A stretch of 64,000 nt of DNA from the human T2T-CHM13v2.0 reference genome, Homo sapiens. How positions within the stretch are numbered: position 1 is the stretch's first letter; every line of letters starts with the position of its first letter. This document shows positions 39,406 through 52,807 of the stretch, one piece after another. The stretch lies in the NCBI RefSeq assembly GCF_009914755.1, contig NC_060926.1. One strand, written 5' to 3'. The notes beneath the pieces were generated by a model. That model saw nothing but the letters and a program-made list of their open reading frames with translations, did not search any database and was not told where the DNA came from. The position numbers and the translations under genes were made by a program.

Positions 39406-41149
39406 ATAATCCAGAGTCACCTACACCCTAGTAAGGTCACCTTTATAGTTTCCTGACAATTCAATAGATCATTTTCCTTTATGGTCCAGTTAGCCAAACC
39501 ATGGTGCTCTCCTATTCCTGCATCTCTATAGAAATGTTTTAAGGGCAAAAAGAAGAAGGATTCATTCATAACTAGGGCTTTAATGCCACTACTAAAGGTC
39601 CTTGTTAGGCTACCCAAGTGGGCACATAGATTTAACCTTGGATTTGAGATCCTGTTTCACCACTAAGCTAAGATCCTCCGTCTTCTATAGCTTGACTCCC
39701 TGTGCTCTCCCTCCAACTTCTAGGGAAATGTTTTTCCTGGACAGAGTGCTCTAGCCGGTGATAACACAGAATAGTTTGAAAGAAAGGCCCTAGTGATGCA
39801 GTCAGTCAGCTTTGCCTCAGGGCCTGGACCTCTCCTTCCTAGTGTATAGAAAATGCACTGTGTGAGCACGGATTCAAATGCAGCCTTACACGGGATCCTT
39901 TCCTGATTTCTCTGGATACATGGGTCAAGGTGCAGAGTCTAGCCCATTCTGTCAGAGGTCATATTAAGACATGGTGACTTTTTTTTTTTTTTTAACTTTC
40001 TTTCAGGGGCCTGTTTTTTCCTTTCTGTCATCTGGCTTCCATTATCCCTAACCACAAACTCCAATTATGAAAAGTTTTGAGTTTCTTTTACTGAACTCTT
40101 TACTGACTGGCTGTTTCTGACTAACTGTGGGTGACTTGATTACTGCATGATTTTTTTTTTCCGAGTCCTCTCAAAGGTGAGGAGGTGCAGGAAATTGGAT
40201 ATGTCCCCTTCTTGATTTACCTGAATCTTAATTTTTACTCAATAGACCCCTGCCTTACATGTTATATGTAAAGCTCCTGGTATATAGTTGGTATTTCATA
40301 TATTATTTTATTTATATATGCTTTTTTGTCCTCCATCCACCAGCAGGTAGAATTCCACATTCTAAATCTGTAGCTTTAGTCTTGCTCTTCATCACAGTTC
40401 AGTGATTCCACCACCCAGAACCCTGTTAGGTTGCTGAAGATCAGCAAAACCATGCACTGAAGGATTAAGAAACATTGAGCCAAGGAATATTCCCATTTTA
40501 AAGAGCATTCCTGGACACTAACTTCTTGAACTCCAAAAAGCACACATTCAAAAAAAGAAATTTTGGAAATTGTTGCAGGAATTGCTTTTGTTTGTTTGGA
40601 AAGGGTATTTTCCTCAGCATCTCTCAAGTCATGACACACAATAAGCTGTCTCTTCCACTTGCAAATAAAGCCATTGAATAAGAAGTTATCATAATGGCAG
40701 AAACATGGAAATAAGAGCAAATGAGATGATAATGTCAAACTGGAGAGTTTGAGCCAGACATTAAGAACTCCCTTTTTTCTGATTGGTTTTTGTTTCTATA
40801 TACAACCGAGATGTCCTTTTTCACCCTCTCCTCATGTTGAAGTTTACTGATAAAGTAGTTGACTCTTGCCTATCTCTGAAGCACCGTCTTGCATTGATAC
40901 TTCACATGCATCCTGCCCTCCTGACACACTGACATACAGCATTTCTCTATAAGGTGCTAGGCCTTCAGATTTTTGCACGTGTTGTATGGGATCCTCTCAC
41001 TCAATTCTGTTGTTTCTGCAAAACTTCACTTCTAAAAAGAGTGTCCATAATAAAATCTGGAAGCACACGCCGATATATCTAATGTTGTCAAGGGCATCTT
41101 CAGTCTGTAAGACATTACAAAATATTATCTATATTTTCAGGCTATATGA

Positions 41150-41490
41150 TTTTATGCTGCATATATGTCTAAGTTCATATATATGTGTGTGCATGCATGT
41201 GTATTTTATGTGAATTGTACACATATATTGTTTATATACATGTATACTTCTCTATATATTGTATATAGAAATAATAGTGTATATGTAATTGGATATATAT
41301 GTATACATGTGAATGTGTATGTACACAAGTGTATGGATATATACATATATGTACATTATATACAAATATATATAGATGCATATGTAGATGTATACATGTA
41401 TGTATATACTGTTGTATAGAGATATGAGTATACATGTATGTGTATATCTCTTTATATAGATATAGGTATAGATATAGATATAATCATATA
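41150..41490. repeat. Low-complexity (TA)/(TATG)-rich tract
   Basis: Read directly; source of the Y/I/V/C-rich ORFs at 41165-41578. Confidence 0.9.
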
Positions 41491-41520
41491 GGTTGTATAG
41501 CATTTCCAAGGCTCTTTCAT

Positions 41521-41735
41521 AACTAGTTCTCAACTGGGAGCAATTTTGCCTCCCATGGAACATTTTGGCAATGCCCAAAGATATCTATATTTGTCACAAC
41601 TGAGGGGGAGGGTTTACTAGTGACAGGTACTGAGTACAGGCCAGGGATGCTACAAATCATGCCACACTGCACAGGAAACCCCTAAAAACAAAACACTGAC
41701 TACAAATGTTAATCATTTGGAGATTAAGAAATCAT
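41521..41735 (+). mobile_element. MER20 (hAT-Charlie)
   Basis: GTTCTCAACTGGGAGCAATTTTGCCTCCCATGGAACATTTTGGCAATG...TTGTCACAACTG...GGCCAGGGATGCT...TGCACAGGA. Confidence 0.88.
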
Positions 41736-41740
41736 ACCTT

Positions 41741-42042
41741 GGCAGGGTTCATGCCTGTAATCCTAGCACTTTGGGAGGCTGAGGAGGGTGGATCACGAGG
41801 TCAGGAGATCGAGACCATCCTGGCTAACACGGTGAAACCCCGTCTCTACTAAAAATACAAAAAATTAGCCGGGCGTGGTGGCGGGTGCCTGTAGTCTCAG
41901 CTACTCGGAGAGGCTGAGGCAGGAGAATGGCGTGAACCCGGGAGGCGGAGCTTGCAGTGAGCCGAGATCACGCTACTGCACTCCAGGCTGGGCGACAGAG
42001 CAAGATTCTGTCTCAAAAAAAAAAAAAAAAAAAAAAAAAAGA
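41741..42042 (+). mobile_element. AluY
   Basis: GAGATCGAGACCATCCTGGCTAACACGG, GAATGGCGTGAACCCGGGAGGCGGAGCTTGCAG; TSD AAGAAATCATACCTT (41726-41740) / AAGAAATCATGCCTT (42043-42057). Confidence 0.97.
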
Positions 42043-43964
42043 AAGAAATCATGCCTTACCTCTTTCTTTGCAAGTATAACAGCCACAACAGAATACCCTC
42101 TCGTGTCTCCCAGCCACCCACAGTTAGATCAGCACGATGGTGCACATGTGGTTGTAGGCTGTATTCTGCCTACTAAGAATCACTTACATTAACCAACATA
42201 ACCTTTCACAACTACTATCAGCTCAGCATCACCCAGGAATGACAATGGTTGATAATTTGTCATTAGGCCCCAACTTCTTATGCAGGGAAAGAAGGCGACA
42301 TCATTTTGGTTGCTCCACGACTGAAGAGACCACCTCAGGGATACACATTAATCACCAGGAAGGTTCAATTATGCTGCTCCCTGCTTCATGTATTGTGCTA
42401 TCTTAATTACGACTCCTTTCTTTTGACAATAAGGTTAAAATTATTAAGTGAGTTCACCAGAGAACATATTTATTCCTCCTTCTAGTGAGGCTTTAACAAT
42501 TACTTGATTGAAGATCTGAGCTGTAGGTAGCTGTAATTTTGCAGACTTGTTATATTATTTCTGGCTTACTTAAGTGTTGACTCATTTTGTACTGTCTGAG
42601 AGCTGAAAAGAAATCTTTGGGGAAAGACTAAAAATATCTCTGAGTTTTCCTTCTATTGCTTCAATTTTATATCTCTGATATATGCTTAAAATCGTATTCT
42701 GTGCACATAAGGAATCTCAAAAATCTTTGAAAAAGTGGGAAACTTCCTCTTCTCCCTTAGTGCCCTCATACTTTGTGTCACTTGATAATATACATGAGCA
42801 GTTTTAATACTCAATCATTTCTCAAGTCTAATTTGGCTGTGGAATGGGGTTTAATTTACATGATGATACAATTTCTCACATCAGAAAGCGTAGTAACCCC
42901 TTTTCTTCTGAGGTTAATGGTGATCTAGCTTAAAGCCTAAAAGATAATTATAAGGAATGAGCTTCAGGTGACAAAGTAGTTTTGACAATCCCAGACTATT
43001 GATAGCTTTTTAATTATACCTCTTTCCACCATAGGAGACTGCATGCTTTCTGCTAAATAGTTTAAAGGCCTGATGTTGTGTTCTTAAAATTAATTTCCAT
43101 TGTAATCAATACTTTTAACCTACTGATACTCCAGGCCCCTGAAACTGAACCCACCATTCTAGAATCTCTGAAATGAAATTAAACTCTGGCTTACTATTTG
43201 TCTTCATCCATGAAATGTAAGAGAGTCAACCAAGAAATACATAAATATGTATTGACTTGCTTGTCTTCTTTACTCACTTGATATTTTGTGACATTTAAAA
43301 ATTTTTAGATCTCAAGTACATTTGTTTTGTTTTTAGGTGAGAGTCTGTCAGTGGAGAAGGTCATAATTCAAAAAAAGGTAAATGGTCTAGGATTTAGCAA
43401 ATTGGTTAGAATTAATGGAACCCAAAAAAAGAATCAGAAGATAATAGATTTTATGAAGAATCACTTCTTATGATTACTGTGTTTTTCCTCTGCAAGTACC
43501 TGCATGTTTTGCTAAGGGATATTTGACTATAAAATAACAGGCAAAAGATGAAAAAAATGCCCAAAATATTCATTATCGTCTTCATCTCTTAGGTAAGATT
43601 AATCAAATTTTTAAAACCTTTATTTTTCCAAATTAGGTAGGACTGATTATTTATTTTCACATTTTAGTTTTGATTTTTTTATAAAGTTGATATTGTTCAC
43701 ACAAAGTCAAACATTCATATGGAAACTGAAAATTTTAACCACATATCCAGATGTCTGACTCTATTAAATCAAACTAATTTTTAGTTTAGATTCTCATTTT
43801 GTCAAGAAGATTATATTCTTTATCTTACAAAATCTGTGCTTAGAAATTTATTCTTCACTTAGGGCCATATTATGATCTGATAGGTGAGATGTGTTTTCTT
43901 TAGGTTTTTACAAAGAAGTTGAACTGCAATTTATTCCATGTCAACTATGGTAATGACAATCACA

Positions 43965-44145
43965 ATATTTAGATCTTAGGGAGACTCCATAAGTGCTGCC
44001 TGTTTCAGCACCATAAGTTAGCAGAAAAGAAAACTGATGCCCCAAGACACCAAGCAGCATGTTCAAGATCACAAAATTAGTGACAAAACAGTAAAATTTA
44101 CTTAGCTCTACTTAGCTGTTTGTTTTAGCATTCTACTACACTGCT
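43965..44145 (-). mobile_element. MIR/MIR3
   Basis: GCAGAAAAGAAAACTGATGCCCC...TGTTCAAGATCACAAAATTAGTGAC...TTCTACTACACTGC. Confidence 0.55.
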
Positions 44146-45239
44146 TATATTTACTAAAACTGTTATTTATTTACCTTACTGCATGGTTCACAGAATTTGT
44201 AATCTACTCTTAGAAATTAAATGACCAAAATAGAATGTTCAGGTTTTACAAAAACAAGTAAAATCAGTAGAGTTTCTACTATATCAGATCTAATAGTTTC
44301 TGTGTAAGATGCGATGTGGTCATTAATCTGTCAGGTCTCTAATTCCTCTAGGCTTTAACCTCTCATCTGTCAAATAGACCTAAGTTTGGGGAGTATTATA
44401 TAATATGACATTTATATTGTGATTAGCACATTCATGGAAAGGAAGGGATTAGAAAAGGCACAGAAGTGGGAAAGCACTGAGATTTAAATGGTAGGAAACA
44501 GAGTGAATAGATTTAGCTCATGATTAGTTACCTTCTATGTGTCAATCATTGTGCTTGTGTTGAGAGTAAGAATACTGAGGCTTTGAATGCTAAAATAACT
44601 TATTCAGTTCATTTAATTTATATGGGTAAAAATGGCGCTCATAATCCTTATTACTTTTTTTTCAATTAAGATAGGACTGGAATAAGACTGGAAAGACGGA
44701 AAGCGGGATGGGAAGGGTGTAATGTGGAGGCTCTTAAAGGAAGTAATGTTAAACTCTTAAAACTGTATAAGCAAAACTAAAGCAATGAGGAGCAGAGTAG
44801 TATCGGAAGGTGATTATGGAGGATGGTATCTAACCTAGAACAGGTTGGCACTTTCTTTACTGCTGACAGATGAAAAATAATAAAGTTTTGTAACAGACTA
44901 GTGTAGAGTCAGGATAAAGTGATAACTAAAGGTATCAATCAACAAGAACTATATAAGTATTAAGTATGCACAGAATAAAATATTTACAGAATCCTTCTTA
45001 CACATGTAATATATCTATTCTACAGAAAAAAAAAATAAGTCACTTGCCCAGTATAACAACATGTAGCTATGAAGTGAAGAAGATTAAAGAGTTATGAGAA
45101 GTTTTGAAGAAGGATGATAAATAAAACTTGGTGAATGGAACTATTTCAGAAATTATTTTTCATGTAAATATATTATTGTACTAATATTAATTATAATTTT
45201 AAAAAAGTAGGAATATTTGGATTGTACAGTGATTAGAGA

Positions 45240-45750
45240 TGTCAGAGGCATTAAAACCAAAGTAACTCCATCTTGAGTGAGGGATAAGAAAATGAGCCTG
45301 GGACTTGCTGGGCTGCATTCCCAGAAAGTCAGGCATTCCTGGCCTCTAGATGTTTAATGGAACGAATTAATGTTTACTAAACAGATCTAAACTTGGGAGT
45401 GCCCAGATATCCTGATATCTGCAGAACAAAGGAATTCCTATTTTTGCCTTAAAGATAATAATGTTGATTCTTGCAATATATAGTAATTAAGAAAATTAAT
45501 CCTTTATCACAAACCCTTGCAGCAGAGCATATCTCCCCATATATACAAGCATTGTACCTAGAGTGGACGCATTCCTCCTCTTACTTTCAGGAATTCCCTA
45601 CTCCGTCTGTGGAGTAGCTGTACTTTCACCACTTCGCTTTCTTAATAAACTTGTTTTCACTTTGCACTGTGGACTCGCCCTGAATCCTTTCTTGCACGAG
45701 ATCGAAGAACCCTCTCTTGGGGTCTGAATTGGGACCCCTTTCCTGTAACA
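45240..45750 (+). mobile_element. MER41 (C/D-type) ERV1 solo LTR
   Basis: TGTCAGAGGCATTAAAACCAAAGTAACTCCATCTTGAGTGAGGG...AATAAAC...GGACCCCTTTCCTGTAACA; TG..CA ends; perfect 4-bp TSD GAGA (45236-45239 / 45751-45754). Confidence 0.93.
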
Positions 45751-45899
45751 GAGAAGAGAGCTAAAAAAGACATGTTGATGAAATCTGTTTGCATTTTTTA
45801 TGGCTTTAGTCTGGAATTCTAATTAACATCCATTTAGTAGCTTTTATTTGAAGAAATGGACTACTGAATCATGAATCATGAGAGGAAAGATTATGATTG

Positions 45900-46290
45900 A
45901 AAATACAAGCTTTAGAGTCAATTTCATAAAAAGAGTAGTTGAAACTTTGAGAGTGAGTACTGCACTGAGGGAGGAAGTATGTCAACCTAGAAACTGTTGT
46001 CAGAAACAGTAAATGCCCAATTTTATGTGAAAAGAAAGAAGAGGAACCAAAAAAAGAGCTGTCACAAAGCAGTAAAACCAGGTTAGAGCAATGTCACAAA
46101 AACCTTTTAAAGAAGTGGATAGTTGACTGTCAAGTATTGGAAGCACGTACATTAAAATAACTGACAGAGTTATTGGACTTTGCTACTGTGTGGTCATAGT
46201 TACATTGCAAGTGCCACAGAGACAAGGGAGGGCAGAAAGCAGGGATGGCAGAGAAAATACATGGTGAGGCAGGAACAAGAGGTAAATCAG
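45900..46290 (-). mobile_element. L2 fragment
   Basis: Purine-rich antisense L2-like text, e.g. TATTGGACTTTGCTACTGTGTGGTCATAG...GGGCAGAAAGCAGG. Confidence 0.5.
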
Positions 46291-47061
46291 CAGTCCCCAA
46301 AACCTATTCTCAGACCTTCCATTAATCTGAGGATGATATATTCACTGACCCCTGGTGAAATCTGAAAACAAAACAAAACTAAACTAAAGATAAATACAAA
46401 CATAAAAATTGAAAACTAAATAAAAATCAAAAGATTCTATTAATATGTATTTCCTCTGTTGGGGGATTTAAATCCTTTTTTAAATAAAATGATAGTAATC
46501 AGAGTAACTGGGAATTACATTTAAATTGTTTCCTTATGGTAAAATGAAAAAGTTAACAACCATAAGTTGACCTGAAGTTACTTTTATAAATATTACTAGT
46601 CAACAGAATTCCAAAGATATACGAACTCAAGGAAAACATGATCTTTAAGAAAGAGTAAGTATGTCCCATTGTAACACCACACATCTACAAGCAGCTGACC
46701 TTTGACAAACCTGACAAAAATAATCAATGGAGAAAGGATTCCCTATTTAATAAATGGGGTTGGGAAATTGGCTAGCGATATGCAGAAAACTGAAACTGGA
46801 CCCCTTTCTTACATCTTACACAAAAATTAACTCCAGATGGATTAAAGACTTAAACATAAGACCTAAAACCATAAAAACCCTAGAAGAAAACCTAGGCAAT
46901 ACCATTCAGGACATAGGCATGGGCAAAGACTTCATGTCTAAAACACCAAAAGCAATGGCAACAAAAGCCAAAGTTGACAAATGGGATCTAATTAAACGAA
47001 AGAGCTTCTGCACAACAAAAGAAACCATCATCAGAGTGAACAGGCAACCCCTACAGAATGA

Positions 47062-47166
<105 letters not shown>

Positions 47167-47172
47167 TGAAGG

Positions 47173-47532
<360 letters not shown>

Positions 47533-48290
47533 CTAACAAACATGAAAAAAAGCTCATCATCACTGGTCATTAGAGAAATGCAAATGAAAACCACAATGAG
47601 ATACCATCTCATGCCAATTAGAATGGCGATCATTAAATAGTCAGGAAACAGATGCTGGAGAGGATGTGGAGAAATAGGAACGCTTTTACACTGTTGGTAG
47701 GAGCGTAAATTAGTTCAACCGTTGTGGAAGACAGTGTGGCAATTCCTCAAGGATCTAGAAATAGAAATACCATTTGACCCAGCCATCCCATTACTGGGTA
47801 TGAAACTAAAGGATTATAAATCATTCTACTATAAAGGCATATGCACACGTATGTTTATTCCAGCACTATTCACAATAGCAAAGACTTGGAACCAACCCAA
47901 ATGCCCATCAATAATAGACTGCATAAAGAAAATGTGGCACGTATACACAATAGAATACTATGCAGCCATAAAAAAGGATGAGTTCATGACCTTTGCAGGG
48001 ACATGGATGAAGCTGGAAACCATCATTCTCAATAAATTAACACAGGAACAGAAAACCAAACACCACATGTTCTCACTCATAAGTGGGAGTTGAACAATGA
48101 GAACACATGGACACAGGGAGGGGAACATCATACACTGGGGCCTGTTGGGGGGTAGGGGCTAGGGGATGGATAGCATTAGTAGAAATACCTAATGTAGATG
48201 ACGTAGTGATGGGTGCAGCAAACCACCATGGCACGTGTATACCTATGTAACAAACCTGCACGTTCTGCACATTTATCCCAGAACTTAAAG

Positions 48291-48477
48291 TATATATATA
48301 TATTTATATGTATATATGTATATATATACACACACATATATGTATATATGTGTTTATATGTATATACACACACATATATGTATATATGTATATGTATGTA
48401 TATATGTATATATGTGTATATACATAATTGTATATGTGTGTATATACATATATGTATGTGTGTGTGTATATATATAT
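48291..48477. repeat. (TA)/(TG)/(CA) compound microsatellite at the L1 tail position
   Basis: Read directly, between the L1 3' end and its TSD. Confidence 0.92.
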
Positions 48478-48959
48478 GAAAGAGTACGTGTGGATGTGAA
48501 GGGAAAGCAAGAAAGCTGCATCTGAGTGAGATGGCTTTGTTATGCTAGGATTGTGAAATAGAAAAAATAAGCAGAGAAAAATACTGATACTTGATAGATA
48601 TTTAAAGAGGTAAGAAGGAGTAATATAAAGACAAAAAATTGAAATATTAGTCTTAGAAACATTGGCACTCAATCATCTGAGGCAGGAAATTGATGAAATT
48701 GATGCCATAATTGAGTATATGTCCTTGTCCTTCTGCAAGGTATTTTCCCTTTACTTTATATGCAGGCAGATATATTGAAACATGAATTGTGAATGTGTTA
48801 GTGAGAAATAAACCTTTTGTTATGAATGTATTTACGTAATATATTTTAATTATAGTGATAATTAATGATGTGGTGATAAACTATTATCTCCCAATGATAT
48901 ATGTTGCATTCTAGGATTACCTGATTTTAAATGTGGTAATTCCTAGCTATGTTTGTCTT

Positions 48960-49035
48960 TGCTTAATCTTTCAAGTTCCCACATCTTGTGAGCAGCCTGG
49001 CACATAGAAGGTGTTCAGTAAATATTGTGTTGAAT
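48960..49035 (+). mobile_element. L2 3' end
   Basis: GCCTGGCACATAGAAGGTGTTCAGTAAATATTGTGTTGAAT. Confidence 0.65.
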
Positions 49036-49059
49036 TATAGAAAAATATTTGTGAGTTGT

Positions 49060-49356
49060 CATTCGGTCACGGAGATTCACACTGGTAATCCCAGCACTTT
49101 GGGAGGCCACAAGGGAGAAGGATCACTTGCGCCCGAGAGTTTTGAGACCAGCCCAAGAGTCTGAGATCAACATAGTGGGACCCTGTCTCTATAAAAGTTT
49201 TAAAAACTTAGCCGGGCGTGGTGGCACGTGCCTATGGTTCCACCAGGAGGCCAAGGCAGGAAGATTGCTTGAACCCAGAAGGTCAAGGGCACAGTGAGCC
49301 ATGTTCTCCTACTGCACTCCAGCCTGGGCAACAGAGCGAGACCTTGTCTCAAAAAA
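49060..49356 (+). mobile_element. AluJ
   Basis: GGATCACTTGCGCCC, CATAGTGGGACCCTGTCTCT, GGTCAAGGGCACAGTGAGCCATG are J-type features; diverged; small internal duplication near 49131-49170. Confidence 0.9.
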
Positions 49357-50824
49357 GTTTTTGTAAATTGTTCAGTGTGAAGCAGTAATGTTTCTATTTG
49401 TGCTCATCTATCTACTGACATGCTCTTTTTTTTTTTTTTTTGGTGTTTCCATAATAATCTCATTTTACCTACAAACCATGAACACATGATAGCAGGCTCA
49501 TGCATTTCAATTGTCTGTCATTTGTAGTATAAATAATTACGTGCTATAGGTAAGATTTTCTCTGTGTTGATGTGAAATAGTTAATGTCCTTTATGTGGCT
49601 AGAATGAGTTATCAACTAGTATTTATGTGTTTTACAACAAATTGTTTGTCACTTTCTCTGATTAAATGTGCCCATAATAACATTATTGTCATCATTCTTC
49701 TTAAGTTGCAGTTGATATTTAAATCATGCTGTCTCCTTTTCCTGGAATGGCCATGCCATTTTGTAAATAAATATCTCCCTTCAGGTGGAAATGAATAACC
49801 AAAAGTCAGCCATATTAATATATAAACACCTCAACTCTAAACTTTATAACATATGATAGAAGTGTGAATGGCAGTCAACCTACTTGTAATAACTTCCTTT
49901 ACAGAATATAATGCTATTCAAAATAATAGAAAAGAGTTTATTTTAGTAGGATTTTTTGGTGGTTCTTTTAATTTTATAAAATTTACTTTGCTTTTATTGT
50001 ATATTTTATATTGTATTTACAATAATAAAATCCAAGCCATATTTACCATAGCTTTCTGTTTTTGCCTAATTTTATTTAATTTTCATTGAAAACAATACAT
50101 AATCCTGACATAAAAAATTTTATTTGCAAAGTCTACATGAGTTAGACTTTTATCCATCTCAAAAATGTGCCCATGTCCATATAGATTAAGTCAAATATAG
50201 AACTGAATAATTGCTGAATTAGTATTTATATCTAATGAAATTCCAATCCTGACTTACGCTTTTTTTTTTTCCCCAGAAGCCAGATTTGGAGCTTTCACTA
50301 GCAAGATAAATGCCTAAATTCTCCATTTCACATCACTTTCTGGATAGATATGTCTTATACATGTATATTAATTGTCTGTAAAGATCTTGAATTTAATTAA
50401 AACGCACAGTAAAATTCAAATTAAGTTATGGTTTTAGGTTACATATTCTTGGGAATGTTATAGCTCTCATATCACCGGTTTTCACTGTTTCATAGAAAAG
50501 CTTTATTAAAAAGGCTCTAAAGTGAGATTAATTTAAGTTTAAATTGTCACTTGCAGAACTTTTTTAGCTAGCCTGAAGCAAAATTACATCTAATTCAGAA
50601 TTGGAATAAAAGATTTTAGTCCTTTCAAATCTTTTAACTGGTGCTAACCTTCATTTCATTTTTAATTTTCACAATCCACAGAGAAATTAACCATATTGTG
50701 TGGACTATCAGTTAGTCTAAATTATTGAAGAGGAATGCAAGTCTATGGTGTGTGAGCCTACGTTAGTTCAGTAGTTTAGTGTTGGAAGGGAAAATAAAGT
50801 GAGTTTCCTAATTATGATACACGA

Positions 50825-51585
50825 TAACCTTGGGATGTTCTTTGACTCCTCCTTTTCTTTCACACCATACATCTAATCTCAGAAAATTGTGTGGGCCTTA
50901 TCTGCCGTTTCTGCTCAGAAACTGACCACTTCTTATCACCTTCAATGCTATTACTCACTCCATGTCACTATTGTCACTCCTTGCTTACTGTAGGAGACTC
51001 CAACTAGAGTCCACCACACTCTATTGCTTCCCACTTCTATCCTTTCCCATTGCAGTCTATCTCAATCCAGCATCCAGAGTGATGCTGTAGAAACACAACT
51101 CAGATTTTGGTGCCCTCCTGCTCAAAACTCTCCAATGACTTCAAACTTACCAGAGTAAAAACAGGGTCCTTGTATTTGCAAAGAACGCTTTCCAACATCT
51201 GACCCAGGATGACCATTGACTTCCACCTGATCCTCTTCTGGATTACTCTGCCCCAGCCACATTCCCATCTCAGGACCTCTTCCCAAGTCACTCCCTCTCC
51301 CTGGAATGTGCTTCTCCAAATCTTGAGCAAGCTTTTCAAATCCTTGCTCAGATGTCACCTTTTCAGTGAGGTATTATTTGACCACTGAATTTAAAATTAC
51401 AATTTCCCTCATGGCTACAATTTCTAATTACTTCCCCCTGTTTTATTTTTTCCATTGCCATGAACTCTGTCTAAAATATAATGCCATTTATTTATTATAT
51501 TTAGTACCTGTCTCATCACATTAGAATGTAATCTCCAAGAAAGAAAATATTTGTGTTGGTATGGCTCACTGAAGTATCCCCATCA
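50825..51585 (+). mobile_element. L2a-like fragment
   Basis: TTTGACTCCTCCTTTTCTTTCACACC...CAGCATCCAGAGTGAT...CCTGCTCAAAACTCTCCAATGACTTC...CTGGAATGTGCTTC...CAGATGTCACCTTTTCAGTGAGG...TAGAATGTAATCTCC. Confidence 0.85.
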
Positions 51586-52776
51586 AAATTGCAAAAGGGC
51601 TTAGAGTACAGGCAATCAAGGAACGGGTAGATATAATCAATCAAGATGCTCTGGTGGTTCACAGGACCAAGTCGTTCATGAGTGGTATAGGAAATGTGTC
51701 AGAAATTAGGTGACATTTCACATGGACCCTAAAGGATGATATGAAGGTCCAGATGTTGGGGAGGCCCAAAGCATGCTTTGGAATGTCTAGGTCCCTCAGA
51801 CCCCGGAGTACACAGAGAAGAGTTTTGGAAGAGGACAAACATGTATTCAGAGCATTTGATGTAGGACCTTGAACACTGAGGAGCTTATATTTCTCATGCA
51901 TTCCTTGTTTTATGTTTGTTCCCTTGTGATAATCTGAGACAGTATACTAACATGTACAGGCCACTAAGCTATTAATACAGTTCAGAATAAAACAGTGACC
52001 ACGAAAGGAATTTCTGTCTGATTCTACCATCTCCTGAATCATTCATCATGTTTTCTGTTTTGTGTCCACTTACTGGTTAAACTTTAATTTTGTACTTCTA
52101 ACCACAGAGAATGTTCAGTGAGTGGCTCAGGTAATTAGAACTTATTTCCAGCTTGTGTATGAAATAGAGTAACTAAAAAAGACTAAATAAATAAATAAAA
52201 AAAAGCCTTCCCAGTGTGTGAATTCTTGGTTCATGGTGTAAGTTTAATTAGAATTGGATTAGAATCAAGATCAAGGGTGGTCATACATCTTCTAATTAAT
52301 TTCAGGATTTAGCATTTGAACTCTTCTGCAAGTTCAGGTCAATTTTACTTTCTTGCTCTCTTGATTCTTGCTAGAAAAGCAAAGCAGCTAGTAAATGTTC
52401 ATTCTAGACACTAATTGCAAAGTTGCAAGATCTACTTCCATGAATGACAGTAAGTACATCTGGCCTCACAAAATAGAACCTTCTCTTTGAATTTCTACAA
52501 AAAGTCATTGAATGATAATATTATAATGCTAGCCTCATATTAAGTAAAACAAACTTCTGACAATGCAGAGAAGAAAACATATGTTCTCCCTTACAAACCT
52601 CTAATACTTGGCATTCCCATATGCACCTTGCATTCCAGAGATATAATGATTCATAAGCAATGAAAATTATAAATGAAGGATGCAATATTACTGGTGACAC
52701 TACCAAATTCTCTCAAGTTATTTACTGCATACAAATTATGTTGAATAGATTTTTGAGATTTTAAAAAATCTTCCTC

Positions 52777-52807
52777 TGTGTGTGTATGTGCGTGTGTGTG
52801 TGTGTGT
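52777..52807. repeat. Imperfect (TG)n
   Basis: Read directly. Confidence 0.9.

Noticed and set aside
40337-40352. CTCF-like CCACCAGCAGGTAG
   Set aside because: Departs from the consensus at core positions; not distinguishable from chance
40376-40738. 120-aa minus-strand ORF in apparently unique sequence
   Set aside because: Non-ATG start, no recognisable domain or homology, no convincing splice context; this length is attainable by chance
41165-41578. Overlapping Tyr/Ile/Val/Cys-rich ORFs (also 28726-29197 and 48176-48672)
   Set aside because: Translation artefacts of TA/TG microsatellites
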